Source: an uncultured Planctomycetota bacterium
GTDB lineage: Bacteria; Planctomycetota; Planctomycetia; Isosphaerales; Isosphaeraceae
Direction: 5' to 3'
DNA: 64,000 nucleotides
Assembly (NCBI GenBank): GCA_963845755.1
Contig: CAWJTV010000039.1
Span: 256,001-320,000 of the forward strand
Part shown: positions 30,588 to 43,088 of the stretch, in pieces
Numbering within the stretch: position 1 is the first letter of the stretch
Layout of the letters: each line of letters begins with the position of its first letter
Notes under the pieces: model-generated
What the model was told of the DNA's origin: nothing
What the model saw: only the letters and a program-made list of their open reading frames with translations
Databases searched by the model: none
Position numbers and translations under genes: made by a program

Positions 30588-33489
30588 ATGGCCCGATCGT
30601 CGGATGTGCGCCGCATCGATGCCGTGAACCGGATGGTCTTCTGGACCCCACTTTCCTGGAGGCATGTGATGCCTGCGCTCTTCGCCCTGAGCGTGCTCTG
30701 GGTGCTCATCGGCGGCTTAGGCTTCCCGCGCCGAGCAGGCCGCTGAGGCGTCGCGAAAACTGACGCTCCGGGCTGTCGCCGCCGAGAGCAATGAACCGAT
30801 CGAGGGTGTATCCATCGCGTATACGGCTCGCATCGACGATGGGAAGTTCCTGGAAGCGACCGTGCTGACCGGTGACGACGGTACGGCGGCGATCGAGTGG
30901 GCGGCGACTGCGAAAGTCCACAAGCTATGGTTTACGGCCCGCTCGCCGAAGCGCGTTCCGATCCACATCGCCTGGGATGACAATCGGCATCCGATCAAAC
31001 TCCCGCCCGAGAAGGAGCTGCGGTTCGAGCCGGGGACCACGATCGGCGGGGTCGTCAAGGACGAGGCTGGCCGGCCGATCGAAGGTGCCACGGTCGACGT
31101 CCACGCACCGCCGACCGAGTCCGATCAGACCAATTCCGTCTTCAACCTGGGGACTGTCAGGACCGATGCTCAGGGCCGCTGGCGGCTGGACACCGCGCCG
31201 AAGAACCTGGCCGAGGTCTGGGCGCGGGTCGAACATCCTCATTACAAGGGGGACGGTACGCCCGTATCGCGCGACCTCAACCGTGAGATGATCCTCAAGA
31301 AGGGGCTGACCGTCGCCGGACGAGTCATTGACGTCTCCGGCCGGCCGGTGAGAGGAGCCAGGGCCATCTTCGGCCCCGAGCACCTGGGGACGCCTGGTCC
31401 GCCGAGAGGGACGACGAACGAGGCGCGGTGAGTTCACGTTGGAGAACTGTGATCCCGGTCCGTCGATCATCACGGTCCAGGCCGAGGGCTTCGCGCCCGG
31501 ATCGAAGACGTCCGAGTCGAGGAGAAGACTGCGCCCGTCGAGATCCGGATGACCGAGCCCGGTTCGATCCTGCGTGTGCGGGTCGTCAACGTCCAGGGCA
31601 AGTCGATCGCCGGAGCCGTCGTCGCTACCAATACCTGGCATGGACATCAGTCGATCGAGTTCCGGGCCGAGACCGACCAGGATGGCCGCGTCGCATGGCG
31701 TAGCGCCCCCCGGGACGTCGTGCGCTACAGCATCGGCAAGGAAGATTACATGTGGATCAATCCCTCGTTGACCGCATCCGAGCGCGAGCAGACCGTCACC
31801 CTGTACCCGAGGCTGGTGGTCAGGGGTCGCGTGACCGACGCCGAGACGGGTCGGCCGGTTTTGAAGTTCCGCGTCGTCCATGGGATGAAGCGCGATCGTC
31901 CGGGCCGGAGGGAGTGGGACTGGTCCGAGGTCCAGGCGGTGGAGGTCACGGACGGTCGATACACGGTCCCGATCGACCGGACGGGCGAAGGCGCGTATCT
32001 CCGGATCGATGCGCCGGACTACAAGTCAGCCATCTCGCGGGCCTTTCAACCGACTGAGGGTTCGCAGACGTTCGACTTCGCGCTCCGGACGGCCAAGGGG
32101 CTTTCCGGGATCGTCCTGCTCCCGGACGGAAAACCTGCGGAAGACGTCGAGGTCGTGCTGGCGACCAGTCCGAATCAGTTGACTTTGCGGTCGGGCCGCT
32201 TCCATAGCGTTGTGAACTCTCCAAAGACGGTGACCGGCCCCGACGGCCGGTTTGACTTCCCGGCGCAGCAGGGCTGGTTTTCCCTCATCGCCCTGAGCGA
32301 TGCCGGTTATGCCGACGCTTCGTCCGACGCGTTCGCGAAAACCGGCAAGCTCGCGCTGCAACCGTGGGGAAAGATCGAGGGCGGGGTGCGGATCGGCGCG
32401 CGGTTCGGAACGGACCAGGAAGTGAGCTTCCGTCCGATCCGGTCCGAGCGTCGGGCCGGAATCCTCGACTACGGCTACTCGACGCGGACCGACGCGCGGG
32501 GCCTGTTCCAGTTCGACCGGGTCATCCCGGGGCGAGGGGTCGTCACCCGGAGTGTGATCACGGAATACGCCGGGGGCCTCACGTCTCACATGCCATGCTG
32601 GCCGGAAGAGGTCGAGGTCAAACCGGGCCAGACGGCCCGGGTGACGGTCGGCGGCAAGGGCCGGCCGGTAATCGGCCGGGTCGTCCTCGATGGGACACCC
32701 GAATCGCCGGTCGACTGGACGCAGAACGAGCCAGTGACGATCTACGCTCCCACCGGTTGGTTTGCGGCGCACATCGACAAAGACGGCCGGTTCCGGATCG
32801 ACGACGTCACGCCAGGTTTTCACAATCTGGAACTCCGCGTCAACCCACCTCCGAATGTCCGCTCTGGCGGTCCGGGGAAGATGATCGGACGATTGAAAAA
32901 GACCTTTACCATGCCCGAGATCCCCGGCGGCCGGTCGAACGACCCGTTCGACCTGGGGACGATCACCGCCAAGCTCTTCGCGGCGATCAAGGTCGGTGAG
33001 CTTGCCCCCGATTTCGACGTCGAGCGGATCGGCGTCAAGGAGAATGGTCTGAGAGTCAAGCTGGGCGCCTATCGTGGAAAGCTGGTCCTGCTCCACTTCT
33101 GGCAAGCCTGGGAGGGACAGAATGATATGTCCATACTCGAGGAAGTCCAGGCGACCTTCGGCAAGGACACGCGGTTCGCGCTGATCAGCCTCGCCTGCGA
33201 TAAGGACGCCAGGCAGGCCGAAAAGACGATCGGAGAAAAGAGGCTGGGCTGGACGCACGGTCTTGCCGGCGAGCTCCCTTTCGGGGTCAGCGGTCGCTAC
33301 AAGATCGAAGGGATTCCGAACGCGTCCGTCTATGGCCCCAACCAGAAGTGGCGGCGGGTGCCCCTGACGTTTCTGATCGGCCCCGATGGGCGAGTGCTGG
33401 GGCACGACCTGAGCGGGCGCGACCTGGAGGCCGTCCGCAAGGCGCTGGAGGATCCCAAGCTCTTCGCAACCAGGTCGGGTTCTCTGTAA
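30588..33489 (+). CDS. Paralogue of the BlaR1-fusion ectodomain lacking the M56 protease domain (gene or silent cassette); frameshifts near 30730, 31425 and 31500
   Basis: Begins MARSSDVRR..NRMVF.TPLSWR, matching 26531 onward; shares KELRFEPGTTIGG, TARVTVGGKGRPVIGR and DLGTITAKLF; its thioredoxin fold lacks CxxC (HFWQAWEGQN). Confidence 0.75.
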
Positions 33490-33505
33490 GGACGAACAAG
33501 AGCGA

Positions 33506-33566
33506 CCGGGGAGTTGATCTGGACACGAAGTCCGCCGATGATGGTGGCGATGGCCGGGCGGTCGGC
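33506..33566. repeat. ~60-bp direct repeat, copy 2
   Basis: CCGGGGAGTTGATCTGGAC-ACGAA-GTCCGCCGATGATGGTGGCGATGGCCGGGCGG. Confidence 0.8.
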
Positions 33567-33618
33567 GCCGCCGATGAGCCTCCACAGTCAACCATCCTCG
33601 ATATGAGAGATCGACATC

Positions 33619-34946
33619 ATGTACAGGCGGTTTTCCAGCGCACTCGTTGTCGGACTGGCCATGGTCGCCGCGGCGGCTGCCGCGCCGGGCCGGGCGGAAA
33701 AGGCGTCTTCCAACGGGGACTTCGTCACCCTTTTCAACGGTAAGGACCTCTCCGGCTGGCATGGCGTGGAGACCATGGACCCGCGCAAGTTCGAGGCGAT
33801 GAGCGCCGAGGAGAAGGCGAAGGCCCTGGAGAAAGGCGCCGCGGATGTGAAGAAGCACTGGCGCGTCGAGGATGACGCGATCGTCAACGACGGCCAGGGC
33901 GCCTATCTGACAGCGGACAAGGACTACGGCGACATCGAGCTGAAGGTCAACTTCAAGATCGGGCCCAAAGGGGATAGCGGGGTGTATCTCCGCGGGAATC
34001 CGCAGGTCCAGATCTGGGACTTCACCGAGAAGTCCTACGGCAAAATGGGAGCCCTGAAGGGCTCGGGCGGTTTGTGGAACAACAGCGCCGGGCGCCCGGC
34101 AAGGATCCCTCGGTCCTGGCCGACAAGCCCATTGGCGAGTGGAACACGTTCCGGATCATCCAGGTCGGCGAGCGAACCACGGTTTATCTCAACGACAAGA
34201 AGGTCGTCGACCACGCGCGCTGGGAGAACTTCTGGACTCGCAAGCTGCCACTGGTTGCTCGCGGCCCGATCCAGCTCCAGACCCACAATCACCCGATCTA
34301 CTGGCGGAATATCTCCGTCCGCGAGATCCCCCCGGACGAAGCCGGCAAGATCCTCGCCGAGCATGGCGCCGAGGGCTTCCGCTCGATATTCAACGGTGAG
34401 AACCTCTCCCAGTTTGCCGGGCCGATCGAGAACTACGAGGTGGTCTCCGGTGTCCTGAAATGCAAGCCGCACAAGGGGGGGACGATCTACTTCAATCAAG
34501 AGCTCACCGACTTCGCAGCGCGGGTCGAGTTCAAGCTACCCCCCGGCGGCAACAACGGCCTGGCGATCCGATACCCCGGCGGTCATGCCGACACCGCCTA
34601 CCACGGCATGTGCGAACTCCAGATCCTCGACGACGGCGCCCCGCAGTACGCCAGGTCGCTCGACAAACGCCAGGCGCACGGCTCGGCCTATGGCATGGTC
34701 GCCGCCCACAGGGGTTACCTCCGCCCGGTCGGCCAGTGGAACTTCCAGGAAGTCACCGTCAAGGGCTCGAAGATCAAGGTCGAGCTCAACGGCACCGTGA
34801 TCCTCGATGCCGATCTGAGCCAGGTGAAGGAGTTCATGGCGAACTCGCCCCATCCGGGCAAGGATCGGTCTTCCGGATACTTCGGCTTCGCCGGTCACAG
34901 CGATCCGGTCGAGTTCCGGAACGTATCGATCAAGACCCTGGATTGA
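33619..34946 (+). CDS. Secreted tandem DUF1080 (3-keto-disaccharide hydrolase-like) protein; frameshift near 34095
   Basis: LFNGKDLSGW, GDSGVYLRG, GEWN, IQLQTH; second domain IFNG, GGNNGLAIR, ELQILD, GFAGH..VEFRNV. Confidence 0.9.
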
Positions 34947-35085
34947 AGCGCCCAAACGGTTTGACGATCTTCATTCCGACGACAACAGCCGGGAGCGGTC
35001 CCGGTCATAACGGGACCGCCCCCCGACGGCACACGAGCTGCCGAGCCAATCCTGGCTGGCTGCTTCGGCGTGTTTCTGCGATTCC

Positions 35086-38000
35086 TCACTTCCGCCGATG
35101 CCCCATAGGCACCCCGCGTCTCGGATGGAGGGATATCGTCAGGTCCCTGAGACGGTCCTGAGCGAGCAGGGCATCGATCAAAGCCGGGTGCGCCGGCTTT
35201 CGCGCTTCGGTCGATCGGCCCGCGCTGGCCAGGTCCGTCCGAGCGTTGCCGGCGACCTGGAGCTGGACCCGTTTCGAGAGGGCGAAGGGTTTGCTCGGAG
35301 TCAGGATGACCGTATCATCCGCCGAGTCGTAGACCACCGAGCGGAGTGCGATCGTCTTGACGTTTCGGGCGGAGGACGAACTTCCCTTTGCGCGGACGTC
35401 AGGCGATAGAGACTCACTTGCTGGGCTTCGGTCGCATCGACCGGGCCGCTGAAGGTCACGAGGATCTGGCTCACGAGGTTCCGCTTGTTGAGGATCGCCT
35501 GGACGTCGGTTGTGGACGCCAGGACCGGAGAAGGGGGCACGCTGACCGTCGCGGTGGTGCTGTCGCTGACGGTATTCCCCTGGTTGTCTGACAAGCTGAT
35601 CGAGATCGGGAACGTCCCCGGGTTTGCGTAAACATGCGACCCGAAGACCTCGAAGGTTCCTCCGCCCTCGGGTTGGAGCGTTCCGCTGGATCTCTGGCCG
35701 TCGCCCCAGCCGATCGTCGCGGTGAAGTCGGCGGCCGTGGCTTGCTGAACCGTGGTGTGGATCGTGGCGACCGGAACCGTGAAGGCGCTGCCCGCGGTCG
35801 CCTTGACCGCAAGGGGAGGATCGGTCAGCACGGGGACGGTCATGTCGACGAAGTCGGCGACGACGGCGGAACTGCCGGTCGGCGTGTCGATGGTGACCGT
35901 GGCCTGAAACGCCTGGAAGACGTCCGTGACGTTGCTGTAGGTGTGGCTGCCGGTGACCACGAAGACCGTGCCCGCAGGCGAAGTCCCTTCGTAGCTCACC
36001 GTGCCGTCATCGGGGCCGGTTGAATCGCCCCAGTCGATCGAGGCCTCCGTCCCCCCGGCGAAGTCCTCGGGATCCGCGATCGGGGCGGTGTCCGTGAACG
36101 TCGCGACCACAACATCACTCAAGGGCTCGCCCTGGGTCCCGGAGATGGGCGCGGATTGCGCGATCAAGGGTGCTGCGCTGACGCTGGCGCTCCCCGCGTC
36201 GGCGGTGGGGCTATACCCTGGCGTGCTCACGGCGACGCTGAACGTATGGGACCCCGGCTCGTCGTAGGTGTGGGTGCCGAGGACGAAGAAGGTGGGGTTG
36301 CCTGCGGAGTCGTTGGCCCCTTGAACGATCGTGCCGGCCGACAGGGAGCCGTCGCCCCAACTGATCGTGGCCGAGAAGTCGCAGTCGCAGCCGGTCTCCG
36401 AGCTGTCGTCGCCCGAGAATTTCGCCACCTCCACGCTGAACGAGTTGCCCGCGGTGATGACCGGCGAGGTTCCGAGATTGAAGATCGTGATCGAACTGGG
36501 GGGCGTGGGCGTAGGCGTAGGCGTTGGCGTGGGTGTGGGCGTCGGGCTCGTCGGGTGGACGGTCATCAGGGCCAGGTCGTCGACGACGGCGGCACTGCCG
36601 TCCGGCGTCTCGATCGTGACCGTGACCTGATACTCTTCGGCGGCACCGTCGCTATCGCTGTAAGTGTGCGTGCCCGTGACCTCGAAGTCCGTGCCCAGGG
36701 GCGAGGTGCCCTGGTACTGCACCGTACCGGTGTCGGGGCCGGTGTCGTCGCCCCACTCGATCGTGGCCGTGGACCCGGAGGCGAACTCCGCGGGGTCGTC
36801 CATGAACTCGGGGTCCGTGAAGGTGGCGACCACCGTGCCGTCGGGCGTGTTCGCGGGCAAAGGCTGGCCCAGCGTACCCGCGATCGGCGCCGGTTCCGTG
36901 AGGAGGGCCGGGGCGTAGGCGATGGCGATGCCGCTCGCCGAGATCGGGGCATCCCCCTGGGCGCTCACGTAGACCGTGAACGTGAACTCGGGATTCGACT
37001 CGCCGTTCGCTTCGTCGTAGATATGGGTCCCGACGACGTAGAACGTGGGGTCCCCGCTCGTGGGGTCATCGGCCCCCTGGATGATCTCCCCGGCTGTCAT
37101 GTCCGGGCCCGACGCGCCCCCGTCACCCCAGTCGATCGTGGCGCCGAAGTCGGCGGGCGTTGCGTTCGGGTCGTCGCTTTGGAACTCGCCCATCTGGTCG
37201 GTGAACGACTGGCCCGCGGTGATGAAGTCTCCGTCTTTCTTGTCCAGGGCCTTGGCATTCTTCGCATCCGGCTTCTGGGAAACCGTGACGGTTCCCTCGG
37301 CCATGGCGGATTCGAGCAAGGGTGCGCCCTGGGTGGCGGTGCCCGCCTTGGAGATGTTGACCGTGACGACATAGGGCGACGTGCCCGTCGTCGCTTTGGC
37401 GTAGTCGTGGCCGCCGGCATCGGTGACGATGAAGCTCTGACCGGACTGGTTGGCCAAAGTGATGGTGCCCGCGGAGAAGGTACCGTCCCCCCAGCTAATG
37501 GTGGCCGCGTAGTCGCCGACATTGGGATCGGGTGCGTCGTCGGTGAAGGTCGCCACGGGTCCGGGGTACGCTACGCCCACGATCGCCGTGAACCTGCTGA
37601 ATGTCGCGTGCAGCGTGGGATTGGAGACCGCGACGTTGCCAGCCACCATCGCCGATTCGAGCAAGGGTGCGCCCTGGGTGGCAGTAGCGAACTTGGCGAT
37701 GGTAACCGTGACGACATAGGGCGACTGGCCGGTCGTCGCGGTGGCATAAACGTGCCGCCGGCATCGGTGACGATGAAGCCCTGACCGGATTGGTTGGCCA
37801 GGGCGATGGTGCCGGCGGAGAAGGTGCCGTCCCCCCAGCTTATGGTGGCGGCGTAGTCGCCAAGGATGGGGTCAGGGGCATCGTCAGTGAAGGTGGCGAC
37901 GACTCCGGCATAGGGCACGCCCACGATCGCCGTGATGCTGCTGAGGGTGGCGTGGAGTGTGGGATCGGAGACCGCGACGTTGCCGGCCACCATCGCCGAT

Positions 38001-41000
38001 TCGAGCAAGGGTGCGCCCTGGGTGGCAGTGCCCGTTTTGGTGATGTTGACCGTGACGACAAAAGGCGACTGGCCGGTCGTCGCGGTGGTATAAACGTGCG
38101 CGCCGGCATCGGTAACGATGAAGCCCTGACCGGATTGGTTGGCCAGGGCGATGGTGCCGGCGGAGAAGGTGCCGTCTCCCCAACTAATGGTGGCGGCGTA
38201 GTCGCCAAGGATGGGGTCAGGGGCATCGTCGGTGAAGGTGGCAACGGTCCCGGCATAGGGCACGCCCACGATCGCCGTGATGCTGCTGAGGGTGGCGTGG
38301 AGTGTGGGATCGGAGACCGCGACGTTGCCGGCCACCGTGGCCGTTTCCAGCAAGGGTGCGCCCTGGGTGGCGGTAGCGGTCTTGGCGATGGTGACCGTGA
38401 CGACAAAAGGCGACTGGCCGGTCGTCGCGGTGGTATAAACGTGCGCGCCGGCATCGGTGACGATGAAGCCCTGACCGGATTGGTTAGCCAGGGCAATGGT
38501 GCCGGCAGAGAAGGTGCCGTCCCCCCAACCAATGGTGGCGGCGTAGTCGCCAAGGATGGGGTCGGGAGCATCGTCAGTGAAGGTCGCGACGACCCCGGCG
38601 TAGGGCACGCCCACGATCGCCGTGATGCTGCTGAGGGTGGCGTGGAGTGTAGGGTCGGAGACCGCGACATTGCCGGCCACCGTGGCGGTTTCGATCAGGG
38701 GTGTACCCTGGGTGGCCGTGGCCGTCTTGGTGATCGTGACCGTGACGACAAAAGGCGATTGGCCCGTCGTCGCGGTGGTATAAACGTGCGCGCCGGCATC
38801 GGTGACGATGAAGCCCTGACCGGATTGGTTAGCCAGGGCAATGGTGCCGGCGGAGAAGGTGCCGTCCCCCCAGCTAATCGTGGCCGCGTAGTCGCCGATG
38901 GTGGGGTCGGGGGCATCGTCGGTGAAGGTGGCGACGGTCCCGGCATAGGGCACCCCCACGATCGCCGTGATGCTGCTGAGGGTGGCGTGGAGTGTGGGAT
39001 CGGAGACCGCGACGTTGCCGGCCACCGTGGCGGCTTCGACCAAGGGGTTGCCCTGGGTGTCGTTGGCCGTCTTGTTGATCGTGACCGTGACGACATAAGG
39101 CGCCTGGCCCGTGGTGGCGCTGGTGTAGAGGTGTCCGCCGGCATCGGTGACGATGTACTGCTGACCGGACTGGTTGGCCAGGGCGATGGCGCCAATGGTC
39201 GTGGTCCCATCGCCCCAATTGATGGTGGCCGCGTAGTCATTGAGATTGGGGTCGGGTGCGTCGTCGGTGAAGGTGGCGACGGCCCCGGCATAGGGCACAC
39301 CCACGATCGCCGTGATACTGCTGAGGGTGACGTGGAGCGTGGGGTCGGAGACCACGACGTTGCCGGCCACTGTGGCGGCTTCGACCAAAGGGTTGCCCTG
39401 GGTGTCCGTGGCGGTCTTGATGATGGTGACCGTGACGACATAGGGCGCCTGGCCGGTGGTGGCGCCGGTGTAAACGTGCCCGCCAGAATCAGTGATGATA
39501 TATTGCTGACCAGATTGGTTGGCCAGGGCGATGGCGCCAATGGTCGTGGTCCCATCGCCCCAATTGATGGTGGCCGCGTAGTCATTGAGGTTGGGGTCGG
39601 GAGCATCGTCGGTGAAGGTCGCGACGACCCCGGCGTAGGGCACCCCCACGATCGCCGTGATGCTGCTGAGGGTGGCGTGCAGCGCGGGGTTGGCAACCGC
39701 AACGTTCCCTTCGGCTTCACCAGATTCATCCAAGGGGTTGCCCTGACTGTCCGTGGCCGTCTTGGTGATCGTGACCGTGACGACATAAGGCGCCTGGCCG
39801 GTGGTGGCGCTGGTGTAGAGGTGGCCGCCGGCATCGGTCACGACGTAGCCCTGTCCAGCCTGGTTGGCCAGGCTGATCCGGCCGGAGGTCACATCCGGAT
39901 TGGTCGGCGTCCCGTCTCCCCAGTTGATCGTCGCCGAGTAGTCGCCCAGGTTGGAGTCCGGGGCGTCATCAGTGAAGGTGGCGACGGCCCCAGCGTAAGG
40001 CTCGTCCACGATCGCCGTGATGCCACTGAGCGTCACGTGCAGCGTGGGATTGGAAATCGTCGCGGTCCCTTGCACGGTGACGGTATTACTCGTGCCGTTC
40101 TGGGTGATCGTGACCGACAGGATGTCGGGGGGCTGACCCGTTGTGGGGGTGAAGTACGTGTGGATCCCCGTGACGAGGTATGTGGTCCCGGTCGCGTTGG
40201 TCTTGGTGATCGTGACGGTGCCCGTGCCGTCGGAGGAGGTGTTCGAGCTCCCATCACCCCAATCGACGGTCGCCGTGAAATCGCCGGCAACCAGCGGGGT
40301 GTTCGTGTCCGTGAAGGTGGCGACGACGCCGTTGAACGGCTGCGTGGCGAACCCGGTGATGTTGGTGATGGTGGCGGTCACCGGGGCTGGGATGACGGTC
40401 ACCGACTCGGATGTGGCCGAAAGGCTGCCGATCAGGCCGCTCGTGCCGCCGTCGGGCGCCGCGGTGAATTCCAGGAACTCCCCGGTGGAGGCGGTGAATA
40501 AGAGACCGTGGAGGCCATCGTTCACGAGCACCGCTCCGGTGTTGTCGGCAAGGGCACCGAGGAACTGGCCGGTCGTCGGATCGAAGGCGTCGATCTGGCC
40601 GTTGCCCGTGTTGGCCACGATCAGGTCGCCGCCGTACGGGCCAAAGTCGCTCGGGGCCAGGGCCAGGCCCCAGGGTGCATCCAGCGGCGACCCCTTGATG
40701 AGCTGCTGGATCAAGGTCCCGTCGGGCGTGAACTCGTCCACGAAGCCGTCGCCGAGCTGGGCCAGTGCCGTACCTGCGGTCGCCCCTGGCTTGGCGAACG
40801 TCACATACAGATTGCCGCCGATGTTCTGGACATTGTAAGGTGCGAAGCCGGCCGGTAGGTTGGGGTCCGTGAAGGTATTGGTCAATAGGGTCCAGTCCGG
40901 GTCGTTGGATGTGCTCACCGGCTGGAATTGACCGTTGTAAACTTCAATCTGCCCACTGTGGAAGTTCGCCACGTACAGCAATTCCTGATTGCCGTCGTCG

Positions 41001-42655
41001 GCGATCGCCAGGCCGGTGTAGACGGCGTCCGACGTCGCGTGATTCAGCGCGATGACCGCAGTGGGAGAGCCGGAGCCGGGGAACTGGCCATTCCAGCCGG
41101 AGATGGTCCCATCGAGGGTTGCGAACAGGAAGGCGCTCGGCTGGCCCTTGATGGCGAAGCGGGACGTGGTGTTGGAAACGATTCCGGTGGGTGAGCCCGT
41201 TCCCTTTCCCGACGCGGGCGGGATGACGACCGGCGGCTCCTGGGGCGTGGTGCCGTTGGGGCTGGCGTACGAGGTGACCACCCCGGATTCTTCGTCCGCG
41301 ACCCAGGCCAACCCCAGCTCGCCCGCGGTAATTCCCCAGGGGTTCACCAGGTGGGAATCCGTGCCCTCGGCGCTGATCGACGAGTTGTTCGAGACGAGGT
41401 TGACCTGGGCGACGCTGCCGGTCGTCAGGCCACCGCCGCCGACATCCGAAATCGTCACCGCGATTCCCGAGATGGAGTACGTGTCGGTCGTGCCGAGGTC
41501 GGTGATGGTGGTCACCACCGAGTAGGAGCCGGCCTGTGCGTAGGTATGAGTCCCGTTCACCTGGAACTGGCCGACGCCGTCCGCGGTAATCGTGCCGGCC
41601 GTTGGTGTCGTCCCATCGCCCCAGTCGATCGTCGCGACGAAGTTGGCCGGCTTCGCCTGAGAGTCGTCGTCGGCGAAGGTGGTGGTGGCGTAGGTGAACG
41701 CCGTGCCGGTCGTCGGAGTGGCGCCCGTCGAGGTCGTGACCGTCTGGCTCACCTGGGTGAGGGGTTGATCGGCCTCGTTGGAGACGTTGACGGCCAGGAA
41801 ATTCGAATAATGGATCGGTGCATTGCTGCCGATCGCGATCGTTCCCGACCCGGTGGCCGAACCGCCCGTCACGCTGACTGGTCCCTGGTCGTTGGCGTTG
41901 ACGTTGAGCGTCCCCAGGGCATTGCCGCCCGTGATCGTCAGCGACGAGAGGTTCGCCGCTCCGAAGAGGATGAGCGATGGCTCCAGGTTGGCGATCTGCG
42001 TGCCCGAGACGAAAACCGTCCTGGGACTCGTGTCGCCCGAGTCATTCACGGTCAGCGCCGTCGTGCCGGCCGTATTGGTGATCGACAGGTTTCCGGAGAT
42101 ACCCTGAGCCCCGCCCGAACCGCCCAGCGTGACGGCATCGGCGTTCCCCGGCTTGTTGTTGAAGATCAAGCTGGTCGAGGCCCCGACGCTCGAGATCGTG
42201 GCTGTATCGTTGCCGGACTGGAGAGTGATACTGACTGAAGAGACATATGAGGTTGTCGTTGACATTTTGATCGAACCCGGGCCAGTGACCGCGGTCGTAC
42301 CGCTGCCGGTCCAACCGTCCGCGATTGCGCCCGGTCCCAGAGTGATCGTCTCGTTCGCATCGCTGGTGAACGTGTACATCAGCGTGCTGAAACCGTCGGC
42401 GCCGTCGGTGATGACGGTCGAAGTCTTGACGGTCAGGCCGTCGGTCACGGCGGCAGAGCCCGTATAGGTCAGCAAGCCCTTGGTCGGGCTGCCGGCAGTG
42501 TTGTTGATGTCCAGGAGCGCCGTCGCGGCCAGCAGCGTCCGATCCTCGAGGGGGTCGAAGAACAACGAACGTCGTTTCCGGGGATTCGGGCCGTGGCCCA
42601 TCCAGCGACGGAGTCTGGGCTTCACGGCGGCGCGGTACGTGGGTGTGTGCATCAT
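35086..42655 (-). CDS. Giant extracellular protein (~2500 aa): LEDRTLL N-terminus, TIGR03118-like domain, many WGDG Ig/PKD-like modules; frameshifts near 37752 and 35385
   Basis: DPLEDRTLLA; LVNPWGI..PTGIV..FATLDGTISGW..GFAPYNVQ..APWGL..G.INA/IDAFD; repeated ATI.WGDG modules; PT-rich linker near 36500-36555. Confidence 0.85.
37280..40045 (-). repeat. Eight tandem 345-bp (115-aa) intragenic repeats
   Basis: Equivalent positions at 37427, 37771, 38116, 38461, 38806, 39151, 39496, 39841. Spacing is 345 bp, with one 344-bp interval marking the 1-bp deletion. Confidence 0.9.
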
Positions 42656-43088
42656 CATTTCTCCGTTTCGAGGAACCGAGTAGTCAAACCCGTTGAGAAC
42701 GACGCGGTCCGTGTCGCGCGCGGCGCGCTTGATCCTCGGCCTCGGTCCGATCGAGGAACGCTGTGAGATTGGCTGGTTGTTGCGCGGCGTCCGGGGCCCG
42801 GCCGAGGTCATCGCGCCGGCCGCGTGAAGGTACGCTCTCCCTGGGGTAAGCTCCCTTTGCGCCGGATGTGTGACAGGGCGAAAGGGAATTTATTCCAGGA
42901 TGGCACATCGGACTGGAGATCGCATCGGACCCCAGCGGGCTGTTCCGTTCCGGCCGGTGAATCCGTGGGAGAACGACCGTTCCAGCCGCCGAACGGCTTC
43001 ACTGGCAGGCGGAGCCGGCCCGGTTCCATCCACCAGTTCGGATGGTCACCCACGTCGATTGGCGCACAGTCCCGCTGATCTCACGGCG

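Noticed and set aside
30097..30763. C-terminal extension of the 1533-aa ORF
   Set aside because: Out-of-frame read-through; the propeller continues in the 30069-30449 frame.
36497..36555. Short 6-bp periodic tract
   Set aside because: Encodes an ordinary Pro-Thr linker in the giant protein.
42660..43085. Long leader with a hairpin upstream of the giant gene, as a possible riboswitch
   Set aside because: No recognisable aptamer consensus by eye; would need an Rfam scan.
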